Source: a virus
Reading direction: 5' to 3' (one strand)
Virus record (IMG/VR): IMGVR_UViG_3300021598_001271
Span: 25,267 to 89,266 of that record
DNA: 64,000 nt
Shown here one piece after another: positions 28,985-38,653 of this stretch (positions are counted from its first letter, which is position 1; the number at the start of each line of letters is the position of its first letter). A program made the position numbers and the translations under genes. The notes beneath the pieces are model-generated. The model was not told where the DNA came from. It saw only the letters and a list, made by a program, of their open reading frames with translations, and did no database searches.

Positions 28985-29573
28985 TTTCTATTTTTTTTAA
29001 AAAGTTTTCGAAATTAAACGCTGGGCTTAAACCAGTGTATTTGGAATCAAAATTACTTTTGGAAACAATTCCTTCAAATCTTTCAATTCCTTCTACCTTG
29101 GTATTATGACCAACACATTTTTTATCTATGGAGTATTCTTTAAATAGAATCTTACAAAGTTCAACACAAGAATTTATTTGTGTCTCGGTGTAAGGTTGCC
29201 AAAAAAAGTAATCTCTCCATTTTCTTTCGTAAACCTGTTCTTTATAAATATCACCAATCCAGTTAACGTAATAATCATTTAACGGCATTTTTTGAAGCCA
29301 CCCCAAATTTTCTAATGAAATGATGATTGAATTTCTATTTATGTTTTCTTCTTGGAAATAATTGGAGAATCCAATTTCAGGTAGTAGTCTATAAATGACA
29401 CCGTCCCTACCTATAATAAAGTTAGGGACTTTGTCATATTTTCCATTATATCTATACTTTAAAGACGATATATAATCTTTTAAATTTCTTGAAGTATGTG
29501 TTAGTATTATTTGTTTTTTTTTCTTTTGTTTTCCAAAACATTTAATACCTTCAATGTTTTCTATTTTAACCAT
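28968..29573 (-). CDS. N-acetylmuramoyl-L-alanine amidase-like protein (Amidase_2 fold)
   Basis: IILTHT, NFIIGRDGVIY, NRNSIIISLEN, YTETQI, VGHN, SPA. Confidence 0.8.
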   Translation of the reverse strand: MVKIENIEGIKCFGKQKKKKQIILTHTSRNLKDYISSLKYRYNGKYDKVPNFIIGRDGVIYRLLPEIGFSNYFQEENINRNSIIISLENLGWLQKMPLNDYYVNWIGDIYKEQVYERKWRDYFFWQPYTETQINSCVELCKILFKEYSIDKKCVGHNTKVEGIERFEGIVSKSNFDSKYTGLSPAFNFENFLKKIENEQLV

Positions 29574-30351
29574 CTCGTCTAAGATAACTCAATCTGTTTA
29601 TTTTAGGAACATTTTGGTTTTCTTCTGGTTGTATTTCTTCTTGGTTATTAAGAATATTATTTAGTTCCTCTTGTTCTTCCATTGTCGGTTGATAAGGTTC
29701 TTGGAAAGAGTCTTCAGTAAATTCTTCGTTAGTCTCTTCTTTTTTAAGGTTTAATATTTTTTCAAATATTTCAAGTTCTTCACTTGTTGGGGTCCATTTG
29801 TCTTTCTCAAATTCAGCTTCAATCTTACCCGCCTTTAAACTTAACTCGTCAATATCAATATCAGGACTAGTTGGTTTGTCTTTCTTTTTTTCTTCTTCCT
29901 CAAACTTAACTAACATATGTAAGAATGATAATGAAATTAATGGTAACATACCACCAGCAAATAACGCTAAGAATCTTTTATGTCCAACAGGGTCTCCTGA
30001 CTCAACTCCAAGGTAACTAACTACAGGGTCTACTAAATCAACCCAGTCTTTGAATGTTTGTCCATTCACATCAATATATTGATAAGCAAAAAAGATGTTA
30101 CCAATAAATTGTATTAATGTTACAATTCCGAATGGGAAATAAACTTTCTTACCCATCTGCGCTGAGATTGCGGCAAGGGCAGATAAAGCAGCGATTTCAA
30201 TACCTATTGAAAGATATATCGCCCAAGATAATGGATTAGATATCCCATACCATTTAGTTACGTGAGATATCGATACAAAGGCAACTGTCAATATTGGTAT
30301 TAGAAACGCTCCGTATATAATACTTTTAAAATTTCTTTGGAACCAATTCAT
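29566..30351 (-). CDS. Multi-pass membrane protein with acidic tail
   Basis: Four hydrophobic helices in the first 150 aa. Confidence 0.8.
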   Translation of the reverse strand: MNWFQRNFKSIIYGAFLIPILTVAFVSISHVTKWYGISNPLSWAIYLSIGIEIAALSALAAISAQMGKKVYFPFGIVTLIQFIGNIFFAYQYIDVNGQTFKDWVDLVDPVVSYLGVESGDPVGHKRFLALFAGGMLPLISLSFLHMLVKFEEEEKKKDKPTSPDIDIDELSLKAGKIEAEFEKDKWTPTSEELEIFEKILNLKKEETNEEFTEDSFQEPYQPTMEEQEELNNILNNQEEIQPEENQNVPKINRLSYLRRDG

Positions 30352-30635
30352 TATTTACCTGATTTTAATCTTTTTATCTCTTCTTCTATTTGAGTTTGTC
30401 TTTGAACGTCAAGTAATTTTCTGTCGGTTGCTTGAATCATTCTTTTTTCCGCTTCAAGTCCCATAACTTTCAATTCAATATTTAATTCATTCTTAGTGTA
30501 AGTCGAGTCTTTAATTGTTTCGATTTCTTTTCTCATTTTAGCAAGTTCTCTTGAATCTCCACATCCTTTGAAGAAGGATAACAAAGCGATTGTTAAAACG
30601 ATTATTGTAAAGTTGTTTTCAATAAATTTTTTCAT
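30351..30635 (-). CDS. Membrane-anchored or lipoprotein coiled-coil protein
   Basis: IIVLTIALLSFFKGC followed by a coiled coil. Confidence 0.7.
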   Translation of the reverse strand: MKKFIENNFTIIVLTIALLSFFKGCGDSRELAKMRKEIETIKDSTYTKNELNIELKVMGLEAEKRMIQATDRKLLDVQRQTQIEEEIKRLKSGK

Positions 30636-30711
30636 AATATACTTTTTTATTAAATTTATGAATATCCTATAAAAAATAAATGGACTATAATAAATAGTCC
30701 ATTTATGTCAT

Positions 30712-31509
30712 TTAGATATAATCAAATAATTCTAAACTTTGGTCTCTAAGCTTCCTAAGAGCCTTTTCCTTAATTTGTCTAACCCTTTCTTTAGTTAGTT
30801 TAAAGTCACCACCAATGTCTTCAAGAGTTCTTGTATTACCAGTCAAACCAAAATAATCTTCAATGATTATTCTCTCACGTTCATCCAAAACATTCAAAGT
30901 ATCCATTAATTTTTGTTTCAATAAATCTTTACTGTTGAATACTTCATCAGGACTATGGGCGTCTTTATTAACGATGATATCCATAAGAGTATCACCCTCC
31001 TCGTTAATACTTCTATCTAATTGGACCATAGATGGTAGATTGGCATATTTTGAGGATATCTCACCAGTACCATTTTCAACCGCTTTCTTTTCCTTTTGAA
31101 CATCCTGAACAACATTAACTGGAAGTCTAATTGTTCTTGCGTTCTCATTCAATGATTGTAGAATCGATTGTTTAACCCACCAAACCGCGTAAGAAATGAA
31201 TCTTAGGTTTTTACTCCAATCAAAGTTTTTGATTGCCTTAATCAAACCTAAGTTACCTTCTGCAATTAGGTCCGCTAAGTCCAATCCTTGGTTTTGATAC
31301 TGTTTAGCAACGGTGATTACAAATCTAAGGTTACCTTCAACAATTTCTTGTTCAATAATTTTTCTCTGAGACTCAGTCAAAGTGTTTGAAGTCATTAGAG
31401 CGGAAAGTTCTTTCTCCCTATCAGGAGTCATAACTTTAATCTTTCTAATATCTTTTAGATACGTGTAAATTTCTTCTTGGTTAATTGGGATTTGGGATTT
31501 TTCTTTCAT
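30712..31509 (-). CDS. RNA polymerase sigma-70 factor, RpoD/SigA-like
   Basis: NLRFVITVAKQYQNQG, DLIAEGNLGLIKA, RFISYAVWW, RTIRLP, TLEDIG...LTKERVRQIKEKALRKL. Confidence 0.95.
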   Translation of the reverse strand: MKEKSQIPINQEEIYTYLKDIRKIKVMTPDREKELSALMTSNTLTESQRKIIEQEIVEGNLRFVITVAKQYQNQGLDLADLIAEGNLGLIKAIKNFDWSKNLRFISYAVWWVKQSILQSLNENARTIRLPVNVVQDVQKEKKAVENGTGEISSKYANLPSMVQLDRSINEEGDTLMDIIVNKDAHSPDEVFNSKDLLKQKLMDTLNVLDERERIIIEDYFGLTGNTRTLEDIGGDFKLTKERVRQIKEKALRKLRDQSLELFDYI

Positions 31510-31512
31510 ATA

Positions 31513-32082
31513 TTATTTTGAAAATGAGTTTAAAAAAGTAAGTTCTTGTTCTGTCAGTGATTTAATTCCTTCTGAGTTAATTTTATCTAAAATGTCATCA
31601 ATACTATAATTAATTTTATTACTACGTTTGATTAAGAGGTCTTCATCGTCTTCGTCTTCATCGAGAATATTCTCCATAAAAGATAAAGTAATGTTCTCCG
31701 CAAGTTCTTTATTAATTTCATCAATAGATTTTTTAAAGTCCTCAGGAATAGAACTTTTAATCTTATCTTTTATTTTGTCGATGTTAGTATTTTCTATCAA
31801 CAAAAACGTGCCTAAATCATTTTCATCCATAGAAACTGACATATTGTCATTATATTCCACAATATAATGAGCTTTAGAACATTTTGTCATAACAATATCA
31901 ATAAAATCTTTTAATTTTACAAATTCTTCGTTAGAACCAAAATGTATTGCGATTGAGTATCCGTCACCTACTCTATATTTCAAAAAGTCACTATGAGTAA
32001 CATCTGAAATGGCATCGACAATATAAGCTATTGTTGCGTAATCTTTAAAATTTCCTTGAGCAAATAAAAGGTATTTCTTCAT
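31513..32082 (-). CDS. Hypothetical protein
   Basis: C-terminal IDDILDKINSEGIKSLTEQE motif; promoter at 32101. Confidence 0.8.
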   Translation of the reverse strand: MKKYLLFAQGNFKDYATIAYIVDAISDVTHSDFLKYRVGDGYSIAIHFGSNEEFVKLKDFIDIVMTKCSKAHYIVEYNDNMSVSMDENDLGTFLLIENTNIDKIKDKIKSSIPEDFKKSIDEINKELAENITLSFMENILDEDEDDEDLLIKRSNKINYSIDDILDKINSEGIKSLTEQELTFLNSFSK

Positions 32083-32100
32083 ATGTTATTTGAATTGTTT

Positions 32101-32121
32101 TACAAAGATACGAATATTTAT
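32101..32121. promoter_or_regulatory. Back-to-back TATCTTTG (minus) and TATTTAT (plus) elements
   Basis: tacaaagata at 32101-32110 and tatttat at 32115-32121, between divergent genes. Confidence 0.55.
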
Positions 32122-32139
32122 TAGAAAAACACAAAAATT

Positions 32140-32562
32140 ATGAAGAAAAAAATTTATCTATCGGAATCGGAATTAATTTCGGTAATAAAAAAAATGGCCA
32201 TAATTAGTAAATCTAAGGAAAATTCAGTTAACGAACAAGTTAATGATGAAGAAGAAGATGACTATAACCCAAGACAAGACTTAATTAATACTTTAAAATC
32301 AAAAATAGATTCTGATGAAGATTTTGATGAATCTGATATAAGAGACATTTATGATGATGGTAAACCATTTAGAAGTGGTAGAGGTTCAATATATGTTGAC
32401 ATTATGGTACCTGAGACCGATGATAAAGAATTTGACAGAGCGGTCGCTAAAAAAATGTTAGAGTACTACTCAAAACAAATTAAAGATGAAAATTACGTTG
32501 GTGGAGTTGGTTTCAAAAATAGAGGAAATTTAATAAAACCTTACGACAATATGGATTTCTAA
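32140..32562 (+). CDS. Hypothetical protein
   Basis: N-terminus MKKKIYLSESELISVIKKM...VNEQ. Confidence 0.8.
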   Translation: MKKKIYLSESELISVIKKMAIISKSKENSVNEQVNDEEEDDYNPRQDLINTLKSKIDSDEDFDESDIRDIYDDGKPFRSGRGSIYVDIMVPETDDKEFDRAVAKKMLEYYSKQIKDENYVGGVGFKNRGNLIKPYDNMDF

Positions 32563-32566
32563 AAAT

Positions 32567-32594
32567 AAAAACCCCGATTTCTCGGGGTTTTTTT
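32567..32594. terminator. Bidirectional intrinsic terminator
   Basis: aaaaaccccga-tttc-tcggggttttt between convergent genes. Confidence 0.8.
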
Positions 32595-34968
32595 ATTGAC
32601 TAACTTTACTGATGTTATCGACTTTATTTATCTTAACAATTGAATCTGCCCAATTGGTCACTAAAGGATTGTGAGTAATTACAAATATCTTTTCAAAGTA
32701 TTCTTTAATCTTTGTAAAGAACTCAGACACCATTTCTAAATTATCATTCGATATCTTACCAAATACCTCATCAAATACAATAATATTAGGTTTAGGTAAT
32801 GAACATACTTTACTTAATACCGCTCTCAATGCTAACGATGCTATTGTTCTTTCATAACCAGAACCTGACACCATTAGTTTCTCAACCCCTGTTGAGTTAT
32901 CAATCATCCAAAACTCAACTTCGTTTTTATCAGATATTCTAATCTCTAATCGGAAGTAAGAACTGTCTTGTAATAATCTTTGTAGTTCAGAGTTGATAAG
33001 TGGCATCATAGTCTTCATAATAATCTTACTAACACCATTTTTACCAAACACCTCAGAATAAATCTTATAGATTCTTTCCTTCTCAAACTCCTCACCAATT
33101 TTGATTATATAATCATTGTTCTTTTTAATCTTATCATTCAAAGTTTTAATCTGAACACCATTAGAAGTCACAGTATTCTCATACTGTCGTTTTTCTCTTT
33201 CTAATTCTTCAATCAACAAATTAGCTTTAATAAGTTTTTGTTCAACCTCATTATTACTTTTGATTTTCTCCTGAACATCAAAATACCTTTTTAATTTATC
33301 ATCTAATTTTGATTTTTTAAGGTCGTTACTTTCTAAAGTTAATTCCAACTTACTCTTGATAAGTTTGTTTTTTTCGTATTGGTCAAACTCTTTTTTAAGT
33401 TGTGTGAATCCTTGTTCTTTGATGGTTAAATCCTGCATTAACCCCTCATTTTCGTTATAATTCAGTATAAACCCGTCAAGTTCAGCAATTTTTGCTTGGG
33501 TGATAGCGGCATTCATAAGGTTGATTCCACAGTGTTCACACTGTATTCCACCTTCGACAGAACTTTGAAGTTTTTTAATCTCAGAGATTTTATTATCTAA
33601 CTGAACTTTAATTTTATACTTCTCGTTATACTCTTCTTTAACCTTGTCGTGTTGGTCTTCGTGATAGAAAGATGATGGTTCAACTACATTAACCTCAGAT
33701 ATCTCTTTAGTTAACCTACCGTTTTCATTTACAATACCCTGAATTTCAACTTCAATACTATTTGGGTTCATAATAACCAACTCTTGGTCTATGTCGGTAT
33801 GCTTAGACGAAATTAACCCTTCCTTATATTCTTGTCCCTTCCTTAGTCTCGCAGTAACATCTGAGATGTTTTTGTTGGCAGTTTCAATCTGACTTTCAAG
33901 TTCAGATATTCTTTCCTCAGAATCAACGTTTTCCTGTTTTAGAGTTTCGGTGTTATATATGTTAGACAACATACCTTTTGAAAACTCAGAATACAGTTCT
34001 TTACCAGTTTCCTCTTTCTTTTTAAGGAATTCTAAACCTAAGAATTTAGTTAATACTTGTCCTCTTGCCGTTGGCTTGGATTCAATTAAATCTTCAAGAT
34101 TTGTTGCGGTGGTTAAAATGGTCATTAAGAAATCTTCTTGTTCTCCAATAGAATTCTTCATAAACTTCTCAGTTTCTCTACGTTGTTCACCAGTAAAGTT
34201 CTGTAGTTGTCCATCGGCTAAAATTTTAAAGAAGTCTAGTTCTGTTTTCACATTCCATTCTCCTGCCTTTGATTTCTTTCTCTCAATATTTCTAACAATA
34301 ATATAGTCCTCACCATCTATTGTTATATACCCACGAACTGAGACCTTATCCTTATCTGTAAATCTATTAAAGATTTCTTCTGCTTTGTTCGTCTTTGTTG
34401 TGGTATTGAAGAATAAGAACATTAACAAGTCTACAGTCAATACTGTCTTACCACCAAAGTTAGGTGGGTCGGACTCAACAACTGTAATTCCACCACATTT
34501 CTCAAAATCCAACACTTGGTTCTCACCATAAGATAGGAAATTAGAGAATTCGATTTTCTTAATGTACCATTTTTTAAACGCCGCAACTTCTTCTGAAGTT
34601 GATAATATTTTGTTCTCTACCGCATTATCTAATTTTAAAACCTCTTCAGTATAAGAATCATAACCTTTGGATTGTAAGAATGACTTAACCAATTCAATCT
34701 GGTAATTTTTGTCCATAATATTGAACGAAACATCAACAGTTTGCATAGTATCATCCTCAACTAATTTAACCTTAGTAATTACGTTAACATTTGTAGTAAC
34801 GTACTTTTTTTGGAAATACTGTTTAACACTCTTAATTCTTTCTTGTGTGAAGTTTTCAGGAGTGTCCTCCCAAATAACCTGTAAGTAAGGATTGTCAAGT
34901 GTTGAAACGTCAAGTTTATGACTCATAGTTTTATAATTAAATAATTTCGGCGGATTGAACAAATCCAT
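32593..34968 (-). CDS. SbcC/Rad50/gp46-like recombination ATPase
   Basis: NFLSYG, Walker A NFGGKT, coiled coil with CEHC hook, SGSGYE signature, Walker B IIVFDE, VITH; alternative start 34926. Confidence 0.92.
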   Translation of the reverse strand: MDLFNPPKLFNYKTMSHKLDVSTLDNPYLQVIWEDTPENFTQERIKSVKQYFQKKYVTTNVNVITKVKLVEDDTMQTVDVSFNIMDKNYQIELVKSFLQSKGYDSYTEEVLKLDNAVENKILSTSEEVAAFKKWYIKKIEFSNFLSYGENQVLDFEKCGGITVVESDPPNFGGKTVLTVDLLMFLFFNTTTKTNKAEEIFNRFTDKDKVSVRGYITIDGEDYIIVRNIERKKSKAGEWNVKTELDFFKILADGQLQNFTGEQRRETEKFMKNSIGEQEDFLMTILTTATNLEDLIESKPTARGQVLTKFLGLEFLKKKEETGKELYSEFSKGMLSNIYNTETLKQENVDSEERISELESQIETANKNISDVTARLRKGQEYKEGLISSKHTDIDQELVIMNPNSIEVEIQGIVNENGRLTKEISEVNVVEPSSFYHEDQHDKVKEEYNEKYKIKVQLDNKISEIKKLQSSVEGGIQCEHCGINLMNAAITQAKIAELDGFILNYNENEGLMQDLTIKEQGFTQLKKEFDQYEKNKLIKSKLELTLESNDLKKSKLDDKLKRYFDVQEKIKSNNEVEQKLIKANLLIEELEREKRQYENTVTSNGVQIKTLNDKIKKNNDYIIKIGEEFEKERIYKIYSEVFGKNGVSKIIMKTMMPLINSELQRLLQDSSYFRLEIRISDKNEVEFWMIDNSTGVEKLMVSGSGYERTIASLALRAVLSKVCSLPKPNIIVFDEVFGKISNDNLEMVSEFFTKIKEYFEKIFVITHNPLVTNWADSIVKINKVDNISKVSQ

Positions 34969-35176
34969 CAGTGTTTAGTTTTATTGTTTCGCTAGTTGAT
35001 GTTTCTTGATTTTGAGTTTCACCTGAAATTGATTCTCTCATTTTTTCAAGTTGTTCCATAAAAGCATCTTGGAACATTTTTTCTTGTTTTTTAATTTGAG
35101 ACTTGATTAGTTGATTTCTCGCATTAACTCTTTTTCTGTGTGCTTTAGCTCCACCTCTTAACTTTGATTTTCCCAT
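34937..35176 (-). CDS. Hypothetical basic protein
   Basis: 79-aa ORF beginning MGKSKLRGGAKAHRKRV. Confidence 0.7.
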   Translation of the reverse strand: MGKSKLRGGAKAHRKRVNARNQLIKSQIKKQEKMFQDAFMEQLEKMRESISGETQNQETSTSETIKLNTDGFVQSAEII

Positions 35177-35187
35177 TGTATTTGTTT

Positions 35188-35556
35188 TTATAAAATTTGA
35201 TTATTTTGATTATTGTTTGGTCTGTTTTCTTCAAACCATTCAATTATTGAATTTATCATCCAAGTTACTCCTGAAGCCAAAGCTCCGTCAAAGAACCAAG
35301 AAACATACTCATTAATACCTAATAGTTGATGTATTGGTGAATATAGGAAAATTCCAAAGAAAAATCCAATCCAAACTGGTAAACACATCATACATCTCAT
35401 CATTTCTCTAAGAAAATGAAAAAAACCATTAAATGGGACTGTGATGTCATTACCCCATCTTTCAATTGTGTTTCGGAAACCATCCATAATTTTACCATAA
35501 ACACCAATATTACTCATACCGTAAATTGTTAAACACCAAATAATTAATTCTGTCAT
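35188..35556 (-). CDS. Membrane protein with CxxC..W motif
   Basis: RCMMCLPVWIG and three hydrophobic segments. Confidence 0.75.
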   Translation of the reverse strand: MTELIIWCLTIYGMSNIGVYGKIMDGFRNTIERWGNDITVPFNGFFHFLREMMRCMMCLPVWIGFFFGIFLYSPIHQLLGINEYVSWFFDGALASGVTWMINSIIEWFEENRPNNNQNNQIL

Positions 35557-36116
35557 AATTTATCTCTTAAGTTAGAACCAGGGTGGAATCTTGCTAATTT
35601 GCTTTGAATGATTCCACTTAGGTCGTTTATTTTAATTTCTTGTTCTTTAATTTTTTTATCTTTAGTACCAACCTCTTCTCTAAGATTTTGTAATGTTTGA
35701 GTTATCATTGATAATTTTTCATTACAATCTTTACTACCTGTCTCGATTATATTTTTTTTAGACTCCTCTAATTCTTGAATTTTGGTTAACATTTCAATTC
35801 TTTCTTTTCTGAAATTATTTTCCATCTCATCCATTTTTAGTGAGAATTTTTCTTCAATATATTTAATCTCCTGTTCCTTCTGTAATGTATTTTCAATCAT
35901 TACCTCTTTAACCACTTCAACCTCTTTAACTACCTCGACTTCCCAAGGTTTAATTTCATCATCCTCACCAAGTAATCCATATTTTTCAATATAGTATCCT
36001 TTTTTGAAACATTCAAATCTAAATCCTTCTACGTCTTCAATCTCATTAAGTTTACAAAAACTTATAAAATCTGGCTCAAGGGGTTTACTAATAGTTAAGT
36101 AATCGTTCAGTTCCAT
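35553..36116 (-). CDS. Hypothetical coiled-coil protein
   Basis: EVVKEVEVVKEV repeat. Confidence 0.75.
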   Translation of the reverse strand: MELNDYLTISKPLEPDFISFCKLNEIEDVEGFRFECFKKGYYIEKYGLLGEDDEIKPWEVEVVKEVEVVKEVMIENTLQKEQEIKYIEEKFSLKMDEMENNFRKERIEMLTKIQELEESKKNIIETGSKDCNEKLSMITQTLQNLREEVGTKDKKIKEQEIKINDLSGIIQSKLARFHPGSNLRDKL

Positions 36117-36867
36117 CTACTAAATTTTCAATCGAGTCTATCTTAAATGATAGGAAAGGTTTAGGGTTTTTTAAGTCAACAAATTCGTAAGTATCGGTTT
36201 CAACATCGTATATGCCGTATCCGTGTTTATTAACTGTTTCTCCAAAATTCTGTTGAATAGTCGAACCAATCATATATGCCTTCTTACCGTTTGGAATGTT
36301 GAATACCTGTCTTTTGTGAATATCACCACAAAGAACTAAATCACATCCTGCAAACTTATTAACATCAAAACCTTCATCAAATTTATAACCTATGTCAGTT
36401 GTTAATCCTTGTACTGGTCCGTGGAATAATCCAATATTAACATTACCATCATTTTCTATTTCAGGCGGAATATTATGGTCCATAAGCGAGTATACACACC
36501 AATTAATGTTTTGGTCTTTATATACACCTCTGTTTTTGTAATAAACAACCATTTCATTTTGAAGTGAATCAATAATTGGAGTTAATGCGTCTAATCTTGA
36601 CATATTGTTCTCAAGGAAATCGTGATTACCAATTATAACAATAGTTTTAGTAATTTTAGAACATTCTGTAAGAACCCAAGCAACAAATTCAATTAACTCA
36701 GGTGTCATCTGATTTTTACTATGAACTAAATCACCTGTGAATACAATTCTATCAGGGGCAATTTCTTTCCATTGGGTTAAGGCATCTGTAATTATTGATT
36801 TATATAATTCGTGGTCTTTGAACAACCTGATATGTAAATCACTAAAATGTACTAGTTTTTTAATCAT
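36088..36867 (-). CDS. SbcD/Mre11/gp47-like metallophosphoesterase nuclease
   Basis: SDLH, TGDLVH, IGNHD, FHG, GDIHKRQ; start ATG 36867. Confidence 0.92.
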   Translation of the reverse strand: MIKKLVHFSDLHIRLFKDHELYKSIITDALTQWKEIAPDRIVFTGDLVHSKNQMTPELIEFVAWVLTECSKITKTIVIIGNHDFLENNMSRLDALTPIIDSLQNEMVVYYKNRGVYKDQNINWCVYSLMDHNIPPEIENDGNVNIGLFHGPVQGLTTDIGYKFDEGFDVNKFAGCDLVLCGDIHKRQVFNIPNGKKAYMIGSTIQQNFGETVNKHGYGIYDVETDTYEFVDLKNPKPFLSFKIDSIENLVDGTERLLNY

Positions 36868-37093
36868 CGGTCTTTTTTTGTTCGTCAAATAATTTAAATT
36901 CTTCGTTAACGTGTCCACAACCATTACACATATAAGTTGGGAATGGCACTAAGGTATCTTCTGAACTACCAGTTATTAGTTTAGATACTTTCTTTAATAT
37001 AACAACTTCTTTGAAGTAGTGTCCTCCACATTCTTCACAAATAACTGTAGGTTGTTGTCTTAAATCAATTTTAGGTCTTATTAAATCATCCAT
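36860..37093 (-). CDS. Zinc-ribbon protein
   Basis: CEECG...CNGCGH. Confidence 0.8.
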   Translation of the reverse strand: MDDLIRPKIDLRQQPTVICEECGGHYFKEVVILKKVSKLITGSSEDTLVPFPTYMCNGCGHVNEEFKLFDEQKKTDD

Positions 37094-37139
37094 ATTGTTT
37101 TTCTTTAAATTTAGGTTATTTTGTTTATTTTGTCAAATG

Positions 37140-37793
37140 TTACTTACTTTGTTTTTGAAAAATAGAAACCACATCAAATCCGTTCCATATCTCATTACCG
37201 TCATTAATTTGAATCTCTCTTTGTTCAACTATAGTCATATTATATTTCTCAACAAGCTCTTTAAAAAGAACTGCATCCATATTTGACCTACCCCCTTGGT
37301 TTTCAAAAGAATAGTCTTTCCCTCCTTTTAAATTAGAGTGGTGAATAATACCTTTACCACCAACAACTAATACTCGATATATCTCTGATAGGTAATCCTC
37401 AATCACATTTTGGTGCATATGCACAAATGAATCATATGAATAAACTAAATCTTGTGATTCGTTTTCTATAAAAGGAATCGATTTACCGTCACAAACAAAA
37501 TAATTTGAAACGTGATGTCCAAGTTTTTCTTTTGTTTTTTCAATACAAGTAGGATTTAAATCTACAACTGTAAGTTCCCCTGACAATATTGCTAAAAATT
37601 GAGTTATTCTCCCATAACCTGGTGCAATCTCTAAAATTTTTTTACCTCTAAATTCTTTTAAATCGTCAAACAGATGTTTGTTCCATAAATTTTCAGTACT
37701 ACCAAACTTAGTTGACCATTCGTGACCTCCGTCAGTCCAAACTTCTTGGTTATCCCAATAACGTTGTTCATCAATGTTATAAAATTTCTCCAT
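37140..37793 (-). CDS. Class I SAM-dependent methyltransferase
   Basis: ILEIAPGYGR, VVDLN, DLVYSYDSFVH, YRVLVVGG. Confidence 0.88.
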   Translation of the reverse strand: MEKFYNIDEQRYWDNQEVWTDGGHEWSTKFGSTENLWNKHLFDDLKEFRGKKILEIAPGYGRITQFLAILSGELTVVDLNPTCIEKTKEKLGHHVSNYFVCDGKSIPFIENESQDLVYSYDSFVHMHQNVIEDYLSEIYRVLVVGGKGIIHHSNLKGGKDYSFENQGGRSNMDAVLFKELVEKYNMTIVEQREIQINDGNEIWNGFDVVSIFQKQSK

Positions 37794-37795
37794 AA

Positions 37796-38653
37796 TTATT
37801 TTTTTAAATACTGTTTCATATCCATATCTAAAATGGTGGTTATCACATCTTTAGGTACTCTGTATTCTTGGAAGTCAGAACTATCTTTTAAGTGAACAAT
37901 AATACACCCGTATAATCTTAAATTACCATATTTACTACCTTCTAACATCTTTAATAGAAGTTTAGCGTAGAATGGTAATTGTAAATAATAGTGTCCCAAA
38001 GCAGTACTTGGGTGTTTTTGGAATGGAGGATACATTGGTTTAGTAAAACTATTCGTTTGAAAGTTTTTTTCTTTATTGGTCTTCCAATCTGTTATAATTA
38101 ATCCAAATTCGGTTAATTCTTTATTAAAAATTAACCATACTTTATCAGGTTGTCCTGTATATCCAAGTTCAGGATGTCCTAATACCATCTCAGTGTCAAG
38201 TAAAATAGCGCCTCTATCATTCATTAAGTTAAGAAATTTAGTTCCCGCAGAAACCATACTATCTCCTTTTAATATTTGTTCAATATCACAATCAAATATA
38301 GGTTGTCTAACTTCTTTATATTTCCCAAACATATCTATCGTCTTCTTCTCTAATAGAAAATGTACACGAGAACCCATATTGGTTGAGTAGTCACCTGCCG
38401 CAGCCCACTCTTTAATTAATCTTTCCATCTCATCAGGGTCTCCTCCTGATTTGTTATAAGCAGCCTCTTCAGTTGGGAATTCTTTATAGAACTTTTTAAT
38501 TACTTTAGATACAGAAGGGAAATCGGTTCTAACCTTTCCATCCAAATCTTTCATTGTGTATGAGTGAGTATCTTCAGTAAATGTTAACCCTAACTCATCT
38601 TGTTTTTTTGAGATAATTTCTCTTATCTCTTTTGCAATATCCTCTAAATTCAT
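37796..38653 (-). CDS. PD-(D/E)XK exonuclease
   Basis: GSRVH, E, GQPD, DWKT, LQLPFY motifs. Confidence 0.82.
   Translation of the reverse strand: MNLEDIAKEIREIISKKQDELGLTFTEDTHSYTMKDLDGKVRTDFPSVSKVIKKFYKEFPTEEAAYNKSGGDPDEMERLIKEWAAAGDYSTNMGSRVHFLLEKKTIDMFGKYKEVRQPIFDCDIEQILKGDSMVSAGTKFLNLMNDRGAILLDTEMVLGHPELGYTGQPDKVWLIFNKELTEFGLIITDWKTNKEKNFQTNSFTKPMYPPFQKHPSTALGHYYLQLPFYAKLLLKMLEGSKYGNLRLYGCIIVHLKDSSDFQEYRVPKDVITTILDMDMKQYLKK

Noticed and set aside
37796-38653. Cas4 as part of a CRISPR system
   Set aside because: No Fe-S Cys cluster and no cas or array context; it lies in the replication block.
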